Part shown: positions 38,922 through 48,650 of the stretch, in pieces
Layout of the letters: every line of letters begins with the position of its first letter
Position numbering within the stretch: the first letter of the stretch is position 1
Source of the DNA: an uncultured delta proteobacterium
GTDB lineage: Bacteria; Desulfobacterota; Binatia; Binatales; Binataceae
Reading direction: 5' to 3'
NCBI GenBank assembly: GCA_963711565.1
Contig: CAVQEQ010000003.1
Span: 1,440,001 to 1,504,000 of the forward strand
Length of the DNA stretch: 64,000 nucleotides
The notes under the pieces: model-generated
The model's database searches: none
What the model was told of the DNA's origin: nothing
Seen by the model: the letters and a program-made list of their open reading frames with translations, nothing else
Position numbers and translations under genes: made by a program

Positions 38922-39949
38922 AGGTGTCGGTCGTGATTCCGACCTATAACGACGAAGGCACGATTGTGGCCACGGTCGAGAGCGCGCTGGCACAGCGGTT
39001 CGAAGGCGAATTCGAGGTGATCGTCGTCAACGACGGATCGACTGATGGTACGCGCGCGGAACTCGCAAAATTCGGCGATCGGATCCGGGTGCTCGATCAG
39101 GAGAATCGTGGCGTATCGGCGGCACGCAACGCCGGCATCCAGGCGGCGACGGGAGAATATGTCGCGCTGTTGGACGCCGACGATACGTGGACCGGGGACA
39201 AGCTCGCGAAGACGGTTCCGGTGCTCGATAGAAATCCGGCGTGTGTGGCCGTCTTTTCCAACGTAGTCGGCGTGGACGGCGCGGGCAGGGAAGTCTGGTA
39301 CTTCGTCGCGCCGGAATTCCGGCGTTCGCCCACACTCGACGAGATGCTCAATTTGTCCTGGCCGTATCTGCCCAGCGCGGTCGTCATACGGCGGGATACG
39401 CTGCTGGCGATCGGCGGCTTCTCCGAGGAATTCAAAGCTGAACATTGGGGCTGCGAAGACGTTTTCTTTATGATGATGGTGCGGGAACGCGGCGAAATCT
39501 TGTACGTGCCCGAGACGCTGGTCCGGTATCGCTGCAGAGACTTCCACGCACACTTCGCCAACCGGCTCCGCAACCGGCGTTTCGAGATGGACTCGGTGGA
39601 GGCATTCCGCGAGTTCGAGCGCCGATTCGAGGCAAACTTTATCTTTGCGCGTTTAATGCTCGAACACTTCGGCGCGCGCGGCCGCAAACATGCCACATGG
39701 GCGATCGATACCGTCGCACGCGATCTGATCGGGGTTGGGCTGATGGCGATGCATCAGGATGATCGCGCGTTTGCACGGCGGTGCTACCTCGCAGCAATTC
39801 GCCATCGTCCGCTGACGTTGAAGACCTACTGCCGACTCGCGTGGGCGATGCTTCCCGGCAAAGCAGCGCGAACGCTCTCACCGATGTTTCCACCGGGGTT
39901 GCGGCGCAGCCTGTCGGGTCCCCCAGTTTTGGAGGAACGCCCGCAATGA
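38918..39949 (+). CDS. GT2 glycosyltransferase, tandem copy 4
   Basis: GTG start in a GTGA overlap; same motifs as the other copies. Confidence 0.93.
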   Translation: MKVSVVIPTYNDEGTIVATVESALAQRFEGEFEVIVVNDGSTDGTRAELAKFGDRIRVLDQENRGVSAARNAGIQAATGEYVALLDADDTWTGDKLAKTVPVLDRNPACVAVFSNVVGVDGAGREVWYFVAPEFRRSPTLDEMLNLSWPYLPSAVVIRRDTLLAIGGFSEEFKAEHWGCEDVFFMMMVRERGEILYVPETLVRYRCRDFHAHFANRLRNRRFEMDSVEAFREFERRFEANFIFARLMLEHFGARGRKHATWAIDTVARDLIGVGLMAMHQDDRAFARRCYLAAIRHRPLTLKTYCRLAWAMLPGKAARTLSPMFPPGLRRSLSGPPVLEERPQ

Positions 39950-40767
39950 ACATCCTGGAGAGAGCCAGCGTTGCGATCCGGCACGCACCGGCGTTAGAAC
40001 GCGCGGACTGGTTATGGGACCGGATCCGGCCCGCGTACGACCGCATGCTGGCGACGGTCGCGCGAAGGCGCGGCCTCGAGCGCGTGATCAACGGCACCGA
40101 CCGGTTCCGGCTGAGTGCGCAGTCGCGCGGCTTCATCGCGGAAGAGTATGAGCCGGCGGTCTGGCGGCGGGTGATGCGCGAAGTCAGGGCGGGCGACCAC
40201 GTCGTGGAAGTCGGCGCGAACATGGGACTCTACGCACTGGCGTTCGCGGGACGAGTCAGAGCTGCGGGCCACGTGACGGCGTTCGAGCCCGATCCGGAGA
40301 GCGCATCAGCTCTGGAAGCCAACGTTGGCGTCAATGGCTGGCGGGACAGAGTCACCGTAATCAGAGCCGCGGTTGGTCAGAGCAACGGCCCAGTTCGATT
40401 TGCGGCGGCGCGAGGATTGGAGTCGCGAATCGAGACGCGTCCTGACGGCGGCAGCGGCGTAATCTCGGTGCCGATGGTTACGCTCGACGACGCGTTTGCG
40501 GGGCGGCGAATCGATGTCATCAAGATTGACGTTGAGGGCTTCGAGCAGAATGTAATCCAGGGCGCGCGAACCGTCCTGACGGAGGAGCGCGGGCGTCCTC
40601 GGGCGATCCTGATGGAAGTGCATCCTTTCGCGTGGGCGGAGACCGGCACGACCAGCGGGAGCTTGCTCGGTCTGCTCGACCAGGCGGGCTTCAGAGTCGA
40701 AGATATGCAAGGCGCCCCGGTTTCGAGCATCAGCGAGTACGGGCACGTTATCGCGCTGCGCAAATGA
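39946..40767 (+). CDS. FkbM-family methyltransferase
   Basis: VEVGANMGLY, AFEPDP, IKIDVEGFE. Confidence 0.92.
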   Translation: MNILERASVAIRHAPALERADWLWDRIRPAYDRMLATVARRRGLERVINGTDRFRLSAQSRGFIAEEYEPAVWRRVMREVRAGDHVVEVGANMGLYALAFAGRVRAAGHVTAFEPDPESASALEANVGVNGWRDRVTVIRAAVGQSNGPVRFAAARGLESRIETRPDGGSGVISVPMVTLDDAFAGRRIDVIKIDVEGFEQNVIQGARTVLTEERGRPRAILMEVHPFAWAETGTTSGSLLGLLDQAGFRVEDMQGAPVSSISEYGHVIALRK

Positions 40768-41972
40768 AATCCCGATTACTTATCACTATATATGCTAATC
40801 CGGATTACTATCCGCCGACTGTGTATGCAGTCCGGATACTAAGTCAGTATTTCAAAATACATATTCTCAGCCGGAATATGGCCGAGCCGATCCAGGAATG
40901 GCCGCCCGATGTAACGGTCGAGCGAATGGGCGAGTACGCATCTGCACGCGGAAAAGAAGCGGCGAACCCGGGCGCAAAGCTGATCGAATACGCGAAATTT
41001 GCTGCGCGAACACGCGCGCTGATCAAGCAAATGCAGCCGGTGACCGTGTATTCGTACGACGCGCACGCCCTGGTCGCGAGCATCGCCGGGCGCGTGGGCC
41101 GGCGCTCGATACCGTTGATCTTTCAAGCCCACGAGTTGCCCGACACGCAGAAGCTCTCGTGGAGCTCGTTGGAAGGTTGGGTCCTACGGGCGGCGTTAAT
41201 CGGTACCAAGTCGGCCGATACAGTAATATTTCCGGAAAAGAACCGAGCCCGCCACTGGCTCACGGCCGCAGGCGATCCGCGCGCGCCGATAATCGTGCCG
41301 AATTGTCCCGATCGAGATTATTTTTCCCCGCCGGCAGATTGGAGCGAAACGATCGCTCGCAGGTATCGCGCACGCGAGGTGGTGTATGTCGGCTACGCGG
41401 GAGCCGAGAACGGCCACCTGGAAGGGCTGCGCGCGCTCGCGATGACGGAGGGCGGAATTCGAATGCGGGTGATTGGCGGTTATCGTCCGGAATTCAAGGC
41501 AAGCTTCAACTCGCTCGCGCGCGAGCTTGGCGTGACGGAGCGAGTCAGCCTCGATGGATGGCTGCGACAAGATGAATTGCTGGCGCGCGCGTCGGCGGCC
41601 AGCGCAGGGCTCTCGCTGCACAAAGCGACATCGAAAGGCCTCGAGTACCAGGGTTCGGCGAGCAACAAGTTGTTCGAATACGCCGCGCTGGGGTTGCCGG
41701 TGATAGTGCCGGAGCGCGCGAGCTACCGCGACTTCCTGGGCGATGCGGAATGGGTGACCTATGCGGACATCGACCAGCCGGAATCGATCGCGCACGCGAT
41801 CACGTCGCTCTTCGCGGACCGCGAGCGATACGTCGCAATGAGCCGCGCGGCGCGCCGCGCCTTCGAGGATCATTACAACTACGAGCGTATGTTCGCGCCC
41901 GCGCTCGAAAGAATCTGCACCCTCGCCGACGGCGTATCGCCCGGGATTCTCGCGCTGGCGAGTGGCGAGTGA
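40764..41972 (+). CDS. GT4 glycosyltransferase
   Basis: SNKLFEYAALGLPVI motif; ATGA overlap. Confidence 0.88.
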   Translation: MKSRLLITIYANPDYYPPTVYAVRILSQYFKIHILSRNMAEPIQEWPPDVTVERMGEYASARGKEAANPGAKLIEYAKFAARTRALIKQMQPVTVYSYDAHALVASIAGRVGRRSIPLIFQAHELPDTQKLSWSSLEGWVLRAALIGTKSADTVIFPEKNRARHWLTAAGDPRAPIIVPNCPDRDYFSPPADWSETIARRYRAREVVYVGYAGAENGHLEGLRALAMTEGGIRMRVIGGYRPEFKASFNSLARELGVTERVSLDGWLRQDELLARASAASAGLSLHKATSKGLEYQGSASNKLFEYAALGLPVIVPERASYRDFLGDAEWVTYADIDQPESIAHAITSLFADRERYVAMSRAARRAFEDHYNYERMFAPALERICTLADGVSPGILALASGE

Positions 41973-42856
41973 TGGAGTTGACCAGGGCAAAGCTCGATTA
42001 CCTGGTGCGCGTGGTTGGACATCGCCTGCGGCTGCAACCGCGAATCTGTCCGTACTGCCGCGAGGCGCGCGATCTGCGGCTGCTCGGCCGCAAGCAACTG
42101 ATCATTGAAATCTTCCGTTGCGAGCGCTGCGGCCTGATCTTCCGCTATCCCCTCGAGACCACCCGCGATAACGCCGAGCGCTACCAGACGATTTACGATC
42201 AGGCGGAAGTAACTGTGCTGCCGACAGAGAAAGAGCTCGCCCGCTTCGCTGCCGATGAGTTTCAAGGTGGTTCCGATTGTGGACCGAAGGTCAGTGCGCT
42301 GGCCGCCCTCGTGCCGTCGGGTCGCGTGCTCGATTTTGGCTGTTCCTGGGGGTATGGAGTCCATCAGCTCAGAAGTGCAGGCTTCGATGCGACGGGTTTC
42401 GAGATCTCCAGGCCACGCGCTCGATTCGGTCGAGAGAAACTGGGCGTGCCTATCATCGACGACCCGCCGGAGCTCGACGGACTTCCCGCGCACTCCTTCG
42501 ACGCGATCTTTTCAAGCCACGTCATCGAACATCTTCCCGACCTGGCAGCGGCGTTTGACCTGTTCAGCCGTCTATTGAATCCGCGCGGCCTGCTGTTTGC
42601 GACGATTCCGAATTTCAGCGGCAGCGCCGCGCGCGCCGGACTCTTCTGGCATTGGATCGGACAGGATCATCCGATCGCTCCCACCCACGAATTTCTGGCG
42701 CGCGCGCTGCTCGAGCATGGCTTTGCGAGCGTGCGCTTCGGCTCCGGGCCATTCGACGAACGCATGGTCGAGCGGCTTGCTGCGCGCGATTTCGACGCCC
42801 TCGATACCGAAGGCGAGGAGCTGCTGATAATCGGCAGGACGTCCGCGTCCCGCTGA
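41972..42856 (+). CDS. Class I SAM methyltransferase with N-terminal zinc ribbon
   Basis: CPYC...CERC, VLDFGCSWG, HVIEHL. Confidence 0.88.
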   Translation: MELTRAKLDYLVRVVGHRLRLQPRICPYCREARDLRLLGRKQLIIEIFRCERCGLIFRYPLETTRDNAERYQTIYDQAEVTVLPTEKELARFAADEFQGGSDCGPKVSALAALVPSGRVLDFGCSWGYGVHQLRSAGFDATGFEISRPRARFGREKLGVPIIDDPPELDGLPAHSFDAIFSSHVIEHLPDLAAAFDLFSRLLNPRGLLFATIPNFSGSAARAGLFWHWIGQDHPIAPTHEFLARALLEHGFASVRFGSGPFDERMVERLAARDFDALDTEGEELLIIGRTSASR

Positions 42857-42867
42857 CGAGTCCATCG

Positions 42868-44040
42868 ATGAAAGTTGCGGTCGGCAGCGCTGGGCCCTTT
42901 TACACCTTCGATCTCGCGCGCCAGCTCGAGCGGCTCGGTCATCTCGATCGTCTCTACACCGCGTATCCGTCGTGGAAAGTGGAGGGGCTGCCGAAGGAAA
43001 AAGTGAGCACGTTTCCATGGTTGATGGCGCCCGCGATGCTCGCGAACCGCCTCGGACTCAACCGCGTGCGCGACAGCCTGAATTTTCCGATGATCGAGAC
43101 GTTCGATCGCTGGATGGCGGAGCGGCTCGCGCTCTGCGACGTGTTCCATTGCCTGTCCAGCTTTGGCTTGCAGAGCCATCGAGCGGCCCGCTCCAGGCAC
43201 GGCGCGCTCACGGTTTGCGATCGCGGTTCGACTCATATCGAATATCAGAACGAAATCATGCGCGAGGAATTTGCGCGGTTCGGCGCACGCTTCCCCGGCA
43301 TCGACTCGCGCATCGTCGAACGAGAACTCAAGGAGTACGAGTTTTGCGATCTGATCTCCGTGCCGTCGTCGTTCGCGATGCGCACGTTCATCGACAAGGG
43401 CGTGCCGCGCGAGAAGATTCGGCTCAATCCCTTCGGCGTGGATCTCACGATGTTTCATCGCGAACCGAAACGCGATCGCAAATTTCGCGTGTTGTTCGTC
43501 GGAACCGTATCGTTGCGAAAGGGGTTGCCGTACCTCTTCGAAGCGATCGCGGGAATTGGACATCCCGACGTCGAGCTGTGCGTGATCGGATCGCTCGAGG
43601 CCGAGATGCGCCCGATCATGGCGAAGTACGAGGGCATGTTCCGCTACGTCGGAGCGGTTGCGCGCGGCGAGCTGCACAAGCATTACAGTCAGGCGTCGTT
43701 GTTGGTGCTGCCATCGATCGAGGAAGGGCTCGCACTCGTGCAGGCGCAGGCAATGGCGTGCGGCGTGCCGGTGATCGCAACCGAAAACACCGGCGCCGCG
43801 GATTTGTTCAGCGACGGTGTCGAAGGGTTCATCGTTCCTATCCGCGACGCCAGCGCGATTCGCGAGAAAATTTTAACGCTGTACGAGAATCCCGCGACGC
43901 GCGAGCGGATGGGCGAAGCTGCCCTCGCGCGCGTGAGAAAGATCGGCGGATGGGACGACTACGGCGGGCGCGCGGCGGACTACTATCGCCAGGCGCTCGA
44001 GACGCGAGCGAGCGGGGCCGATGCGAATTTTCTACGCTGA
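42868..44040 (+). CDS. GT4 glycosyltransferase
   Basis: FVGTVSLRKG and LPSIEEGLALVQAQAMACG. Confidence 0.92.
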   Translation: MKVAVGSAGPFYTFDLARQLERLGHLDRLYTAYPSWKVEGLPKEKVSTFPWLMAPAMLANRLGLNRVRDSLNFPMIETFDRWMAERLALCDVFHCLSSFGLQSHRAARSRHGALTVCDRGSTHIEYQNEIMREEFARFGARFPGIDSRIVERELKEYEFCDLISVPSSFAMRTFIDKGVPREKIRLNPFGVDLTMFHREPKRDRKFRVLFVGTVSLRKGLPYLFEAIAGIGHPDVELCVIGSLEAEMRPIMAKYEGMFRYVGAVARGELHKHYSQASLLVLPSIEEGLALVQAQAMACGVPVIATENTGAADLFSDGVEGFIVPIRDASAIREKILTLYENPATRERMGEAALARVRKIGGWDDYGGRAADYYRQALETRASGADANFLR

Positions 44041-45121
44041 AACCACCGCCTACGCCCCGTCGAGCGCGCACTTCCTGGAGGCTCTGGAAGCCGGCGCGGC
44101 GCGCGGCGCGCACGAGTTTCGATTTCTCGACGAGGCGGATTTCATCAAGCGCTCGCGGTCGATAGCGGAACGGATAGCCGATCGCGTCGCGGGGCGGCCG
44201 CTGAGCGGCTATCAGCAATTGAATCGCGCGCTGGTCGATCAGGCGGCGGTCTTCTCGCCCGATATCATTCTGATTGGCAAGGGCCGGTGGTTTACGCCGG
44301 CGGCGCTCGAAGCCGCCAGGAAAGTCAGCGGCGCGACACTGGCGAACTGGGCCACCGACGATCCGTTCAATCGCGCCGACAACTCGCGCGATCTGGTCAA
44401 ATCGATTCCGCTGTACGATCTGTATGTCTGCACCAAGAAGGACATCATGAGCGACGTGCGCCGCGCTGGATGCGCGAACGTCGCGTACGTGAGATTCGGC
44501 TACAAGCCGGAGGTACATTTTCCGGAGGCCCCGGCGACCGAGGAAGAGCGCGAGCAATTTGCTTGCGACGTGATGTTCATCGGCGGATGCGACGCTCATC
44601 GCAGTGCGTACTTCGAGGCGCTGATTCGCGCGATGCCCGAGGTGAAGCTTCGCTTGTACGGGATGTACTGGGAACGCGTGCGCGCGCTGCGGCCGTATGC
44701 GCGGGGATTCGCCGTGGGGCGCGAGTATCGGCTCGCGGTCGGCGGCGCAAAGATATCAGTGAACCTCGTAAGGCGCGCAAATCGAGACGATCACGTGATG
44801 CGCACGTTTGAAATTCCAGCCTGTGGCGGCTTCATGCTGACCGAGAGATCCTCGACGCACGACGAATTATTCCTCGAAGACCATGAAGCGGCATTTTTCG
44901 GATCGCCGGAAGAATTCGTCGCCAAGGTCCGCGGCTATCTCGCGCGTGACGAAGACCGAACCAGGATTGCCGCCGGGGGGCATCGCAAAATCACGCAGGG
45001 GCGGCATACTTACGCCGATCGGCTCGCGGAAATTATCGAAGCGGCGCGAACAGTCAGAGGATTGCAGAAGCGAATGACCGTTGGCGCGCCGCAAACCAGT
45101 GAGATCGAATCGAATGGCTGA
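44021..45121 (+). CDS. CgeB-like (Glyco_trans_1_2) glycosyltransferase
   Basis: MRTFEIPACGGFMLTE...HTYADR. Confidence 0.88.
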   Translation: MRIFYAETTAYAPSSAHFLEALEAGAARGAHEFRFLDEADFIKRSRSIAERIADRVAGRPLSGYQQLNRALVDQAAVFSPDIILIGKGRWFTPAALEAARKVSGATLANWATDDPFNRADNSRDLVKSIPLYDLYVCTKKDIMSDVRRAGCANVAYVRFGYKPEVHFPEAPATEEEREQFACDVMFIGGCDAHRSAYFEALIRAMPEVKLRLYGMYWERVRALRPYARGFAVGREYRLAVGGAKISVNLVRRANRDDHVMRTFEIPACGGFMLTERSSTHDELFLEDHEAAFFGSPEEFVAKVRGYLARDEDRTRIAAGGHRKITQGRHTYADRLAEIIEAARTVRGLQKRMTVGAPQTSEIESNG

Positions 45122-46640
45122 AGCGCTCGAAGCGGGGCCGCCGCAGCCTGGCGATGAATGGTACGTGCTGGTCAGCCTGCCGAGGCCGGGTTCTGCGACT
45201 CTCGGCAACGCGCTGATGCTGGCGGCCTCGGTCGTAGTAGCGCTGGTCGCGCTGAATCTCTGGGCGCCCGCTCCGCCGACGATCCTCGAGCGGATCTTTG
45301 CCTCGGCGATAGTGGCGTCAATCGCGCTTCCGGTCTGGCTCTGGATGTCGGGCGCGGATCGAACGATTCCATTCATGCCGTTCCTGACACTGGTCTTTGC
45401 CTACTACTTCGCGCTGCCGGTCTTCCTGTTGAGACAATATGCCGTCGGCATGTTCAAGCCGCCCGTTCCCGCACCCTACATCGAACTCGCGCTTGAATAC
45501 TCACTGTTGGGACTCTACTGCCTATTCGCCGGATACTACGGACCGGCGAAATGGCTATTCGCGCCGATACTACCTCGATTCAACCTGCAATGGCGCGATA
45601 CCCGGGTAGTAAAGCTGGTAGCGCTGATACTTGGATTCGGTGGATTGCTCGTGTCGTCGTCGCGTGTGCTCGAGTCCCTGCCGGAAAGCCTTGCGCAAAT
45701 CGGCGTATTCGCAAGTGACCTCTCGCTGGTTGGAATCTGCGCGTTGGTCGCGCTTCACCTGGCGGGCAAACTGGATTGGATTACCGCAGCGTGCGTATGG
45801 GGCTTTCTGATTCCGGTCAGAATCGCAGTCGGCCTGGGCGAAGGCGCGGCCGCCAGCGGCCTGATAGTAGGCATCGCCGTCGTCATGATGTTCGCATCCG
45901 TGCGCCGCTCGATTCCATGGAAGATGATGTTGCTGGGAACCGTGGCGCTGTTCATCCTGCGTCCGGCCGAAGTGCCGTATCGCATGGCGATCTGGGGCGG
46001 GCGATTGACGGATGCGGGCCCGATCGAAAAGGCGCGCGCCTTCGGCGATATCGTTTACCGAATCACCATCGGCGGCGCCGTCGATCCACGAGCGCTGGTC
46101 GAAATGGCGAGCATGCGGCTGGCGCAGTTCACAGTGTTTGGCGAAGTGATCGGGGACACCCCCGGTATCGTGCCGTATTGGGATGGCGCGTCGTATTATC
46201 CGATCCTGTTCAAGCCCATCCCGCGCTTCATCATGCCTGACAAGCCCGAAGAAGTGAGTGGCGAATGGTTCGGCCATCGCTATGGACTGATCACCGAGCA
46301 AAACATCACGACCTCGATCAACCTTCCGCAGATAGTCGAGTTGTACGGCAACTTCGGGCTCATCGGAGTGCTCGTCGGGATGTTCCTGTTCGGGTTGATC
46401 TTCCGGCTGCTGATCGAGATGTACATCCACCCCGGCATGGGACTTGGCGCGCTGGTCGGCGGGGTTTACGTTTCGTCGCGAGTGCTGGATGTCGGCTCCG
46501 CCGCGTCGCTGACCCTTGGCGCGCTTCCATGGAGCATCCTGTTGATGGCGCTGATTCACGTCGTCGTCCAACTCGGTGAGATCGACGCGATGTGGTTCGA
46601 CTCGCGCGCCCAGGCGGGCGCAAAGGCGCGCACGACTTGA
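45114..46640 (+). CDS. Wzy-like polysaccharide polymerase (multi-pass membrane)
   Basis: Roughly 11-12 hydrophobic segments with IPRF..PDKP and ELYGNFGLIG motifs. Confidence 0.75.
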   Translation: MAEALEAGPPQPGDEWYVLVSLPRPGSATLGNALMLAASVVVALVALNLWAPAPPTILERIFASAIVASIALPVWLWMSGADRTIPFMPFLTLVFAYYFALPVFLLRQYAVGMFKPPVPAPYIELALEYSLLGLYCLFAGYYGPAKWLFAPILPRFNLQWRDTRVVKLVALILGFGGLLVSSSRVLESLPESLAQIGVFASDLSLVGICALVALHLAGKLDWITAACVWGFLIPVRIAVGLGEGAAASGLIVGIAVVMMFASVRRSIPWKMMLLGTVALFILRPAEVPYRMAIWGGRLTDAGPIEKARAFGDIVYRITIGGAVDPRALVEMASMRLAQFTVFGEVIGDTPGIVPYWDGASYYPILFKPIPRFIMPDKPEEVSGEWFGHRYGLITEQNITTSINLPQIVELYGNFGLIGVLVGMFLFGLIFRLLIEMYIHPGMGLGALVGGVYVSSRVLDVGSAASLTLGALPWSILLMALIHVVVQLGEIDAMWFDSRAQAGAKARTT

Positions 46641-47893
46641 CGCCGTCGATGCAAGACGCAGTCGCGGATTTTGCGTCGATCGACGCGCGTGACTCGCGTG
46701 ACGCAGGCGATGCCAGGGTTGTGCGCGTCCTGCACGTAACTCCGTTCTTCGCGCCGGCGTGGTGTTATGGCGGCCTGCCCGAGGCGGCCTACCAATTCGC
46801 GCGGCATCTGTCGCGCGCGGGCGCTGCCGTCCGCGTGCTGACAACGGATGCGAACGGATGGGGAGCGCGGCTGGACGCCGCGGCGACGGCGGCGTATGCG
46901 CACTGCGACGGAGTCGAGGTTCGTTACTGCGCGCGCGTCGCGCGCCAGTCGGTGTCGCTCGAGCTGCTCGGCGCGCTGGCCGAACAGATGCGATGGGCCG
47001 ACGTGGTTCATTTGCATGCGGCGTACTCGTTCCCGACGATTCCAACTTTGCTCGCCGCGCGGGCGCAGAAGCGTCCGCTGGTATGGACTCCGCACGGCGC
47101 GCTGCAACGCTGGAGCGGCTCGCGGCGTGTGGGGTTCAAGTCATTGTGGGAGAAGGTTTGCATCGCCGTTGCTTCGCATGAGTTGACACTCCACCTGACC
47201 TCGCAGGACGAAGCCGCGGAAACGCGCGCCAGATTTCCGCGCGCCAATATCGAGCTGATTCCGAATGGCGTCGAGATTCCGGATACGCTTCATCGCGCGC
47301 CACGCGGCGCGCAGCTCCGGCTCGGATTCGTCGGGCGGCTCGATCCCAAGAAGGGAATTGAGAACCTGCTCGCCGCCTGCCGCATCTTGAAAGAGCGGAA
47401 CGCGCCGGATTTCTCGCTCGCGATCGCAGGCTCGGGTTCGACGGATTACGAAGCAAAGCTTCGCCGTGAGATCGATCGGCTGGAGCTCGGCAACGAGGTC
47501 ACGATGCTCGGCGACATCCGCGGCGAGGAAAAGCAGCGGATGTTCGAGCGGACTGACGTCGTCGTAGCGCCGTCGTTCACGGAAAATTTCGCGATCGTCG
47601 TAGCCGAAGCGCTCGCGCACGGCGCCGCCGTGATCGCGAGCACCGGCACTCCATGGAAAAACGTCGAGCGAGTAGGCTGCGGGCTGTGCGTCGCCAACGA
47701 TCCCGCAAGCCTCGCGGACGCAATCTCGAAAATAAACTCGATGCCGCTGGCCGAGATGGGCGAGCGCGGCCGCCGCTGGATGGCCGCGGATTTCTCGTGG
47801 GAAAAATGCGCGGCGGAAATGATCGCGCTTTACAAAACCCTGCTGACGCAGAGCAGAGACCGGCGGCTGGCCGCCGTGCCCCAGTTGAGGTAG
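46637..47893 (+). CDS. GT4 glycosyltransferase
   Basis: PAWCYGG, TPHG, GRLDPKKG, ENFAIVVAEALA. Confidence 0.92.
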   Translation: MTPSMQDAVADFASIDARDSRDAGDARVVRVLHVTPFFAPAWCYGGLPEAAYQFARHLSRAGAAVRVLTTDANGWGARLDAAATAAYAHCDGVEVRYCARVARQSVSLELLGALAEQMRWADVVHLHAAYSFPTIPTLLAARAQKRPLVWTPHGALQRWSGSRRVGFKSLWEKVCIAVASHELTLHLTSQDEAAETRARFPRANIELIPNGVEIPDTLHRAPRGAQLRLGFVGRLDPKKGIENLLAACRILKERNAPDFSLAIAGSGSTDYEAKLRREIDRLELGNEVTMLGDIRGEEKQRMFERTDVVVAPSFTENFAIVVAEALAHGAAVIASTGTPWKNVERVGCGLCVANDPASLADAISKINSMPLAEMGERGRRWMAADFSWEKCAAEMIALYKTLLTQSRDRRLAAVPQLR

Positions 47894-47904
47894 CGAGCGC
47901 CGAT

Positions 47905-48630
47905 ATGAAGCCAGTTCGGGCTCTGTTCTTTGATCTGGATGATACGCTGCTCGATGGCAGTGTCCGTCAAGAGTCAATCATCCGCACCTGTGAAATGATC
48001 GCTGCGAATCAGCCGGGACTGGATTCGGCTCGACTGATAAAGGCAAACGCTCAAATCTGGCCGGGCTACTTGCGAGAGGTAGATGAAAAGTGGACGCTGG
48101 GCGCGCTGGACACTGCGTCCGTGAGCCTCGAAGCATGGCGCCGCACGCTGGGCGCTTGCGGGTGCGGCGATGAGTCCCTCGCGCGGCGAGCATCGCAGAT
48201 TCATCTCCGGCTTGCTCTCGAGGCGCGTCATCTTTTCGACGATGTACTGGAATTGTTTGCCGCAGCGAAGAGAGCCCGGGTTCCGCTCGCACTCATTACG
48301 AACGGACCTTCCGATTTTCAGCGGGGTAAGCTGCGCCTTCACGGTCTGGAGCACTGGTTTGAAGTCGTCGTCATCTCCGGCGAGGTTGGCATCGCGAAAC
48401 CAAACGCATCCATTTTTGATTTAGCCCTTAACAAACTGGTTGTTGAACGAGAGAACGTCTGGCATGTCGGTGACAGCCTCACGGCGGACGTAGCCGGGGC
48501 GAAGGCCGCGGGGCTGACTGCGGTCTGGATAAACCGAAGCGGGCGCGTCCGTAGCGAAAGCGACCCCGTACCGGACCTCGAAATCCGCTCGTTATCGAAT
48601 CTTACGAGCTTCTTGTCGGTTCAGTCGTAA
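47905..48630 (+). CDS. HAD-superfamily hydrolase
   Basis: FDLDDTL, ITNG, KP, HVGDSLTADVAGA. Confidence 0.92.
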   Translation: MKPVRALFFDLDDTLLDGSVRQESIIRTCEMIAANQPGLDSARLIKANAQIWPGYLREVDEKWTLGALDTASVSLEAWRRTLGACGCGDESLARRASQIHLRLALEARHLFDDVLELFAAAKRARVPLALITNGPSDFQRGKLRLHGLEHWFEVVVISGEVGIAKPNASIFDLALNKLVVERENVWHVGDSLTADVAGAKAAGLTAVWINRSGRVRSESDPVPDLEIRSLSNLTSFLSVQS

Positions 48631-48650
48631 CGATCACTTCGCAATCATCA

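Larger units (their letters stand above)
35809..39949 (+). repeat. Tandem ~1.03-kb direct repeat (4 units, 5 junctions)
   Basis: Junction TGGARGAACGCSCGCARTGA recurs, ending at 35828, 36856, 37896, 38921 and 39949. Confidence 0.9.

Noticed and set aside
35825-39949. GT2 array as a diversity-generating retroelement or integron
   Set aside because: No reverse transcriptase, integrase or attC-like palindromes in the window, and the units are whole coupled genes.
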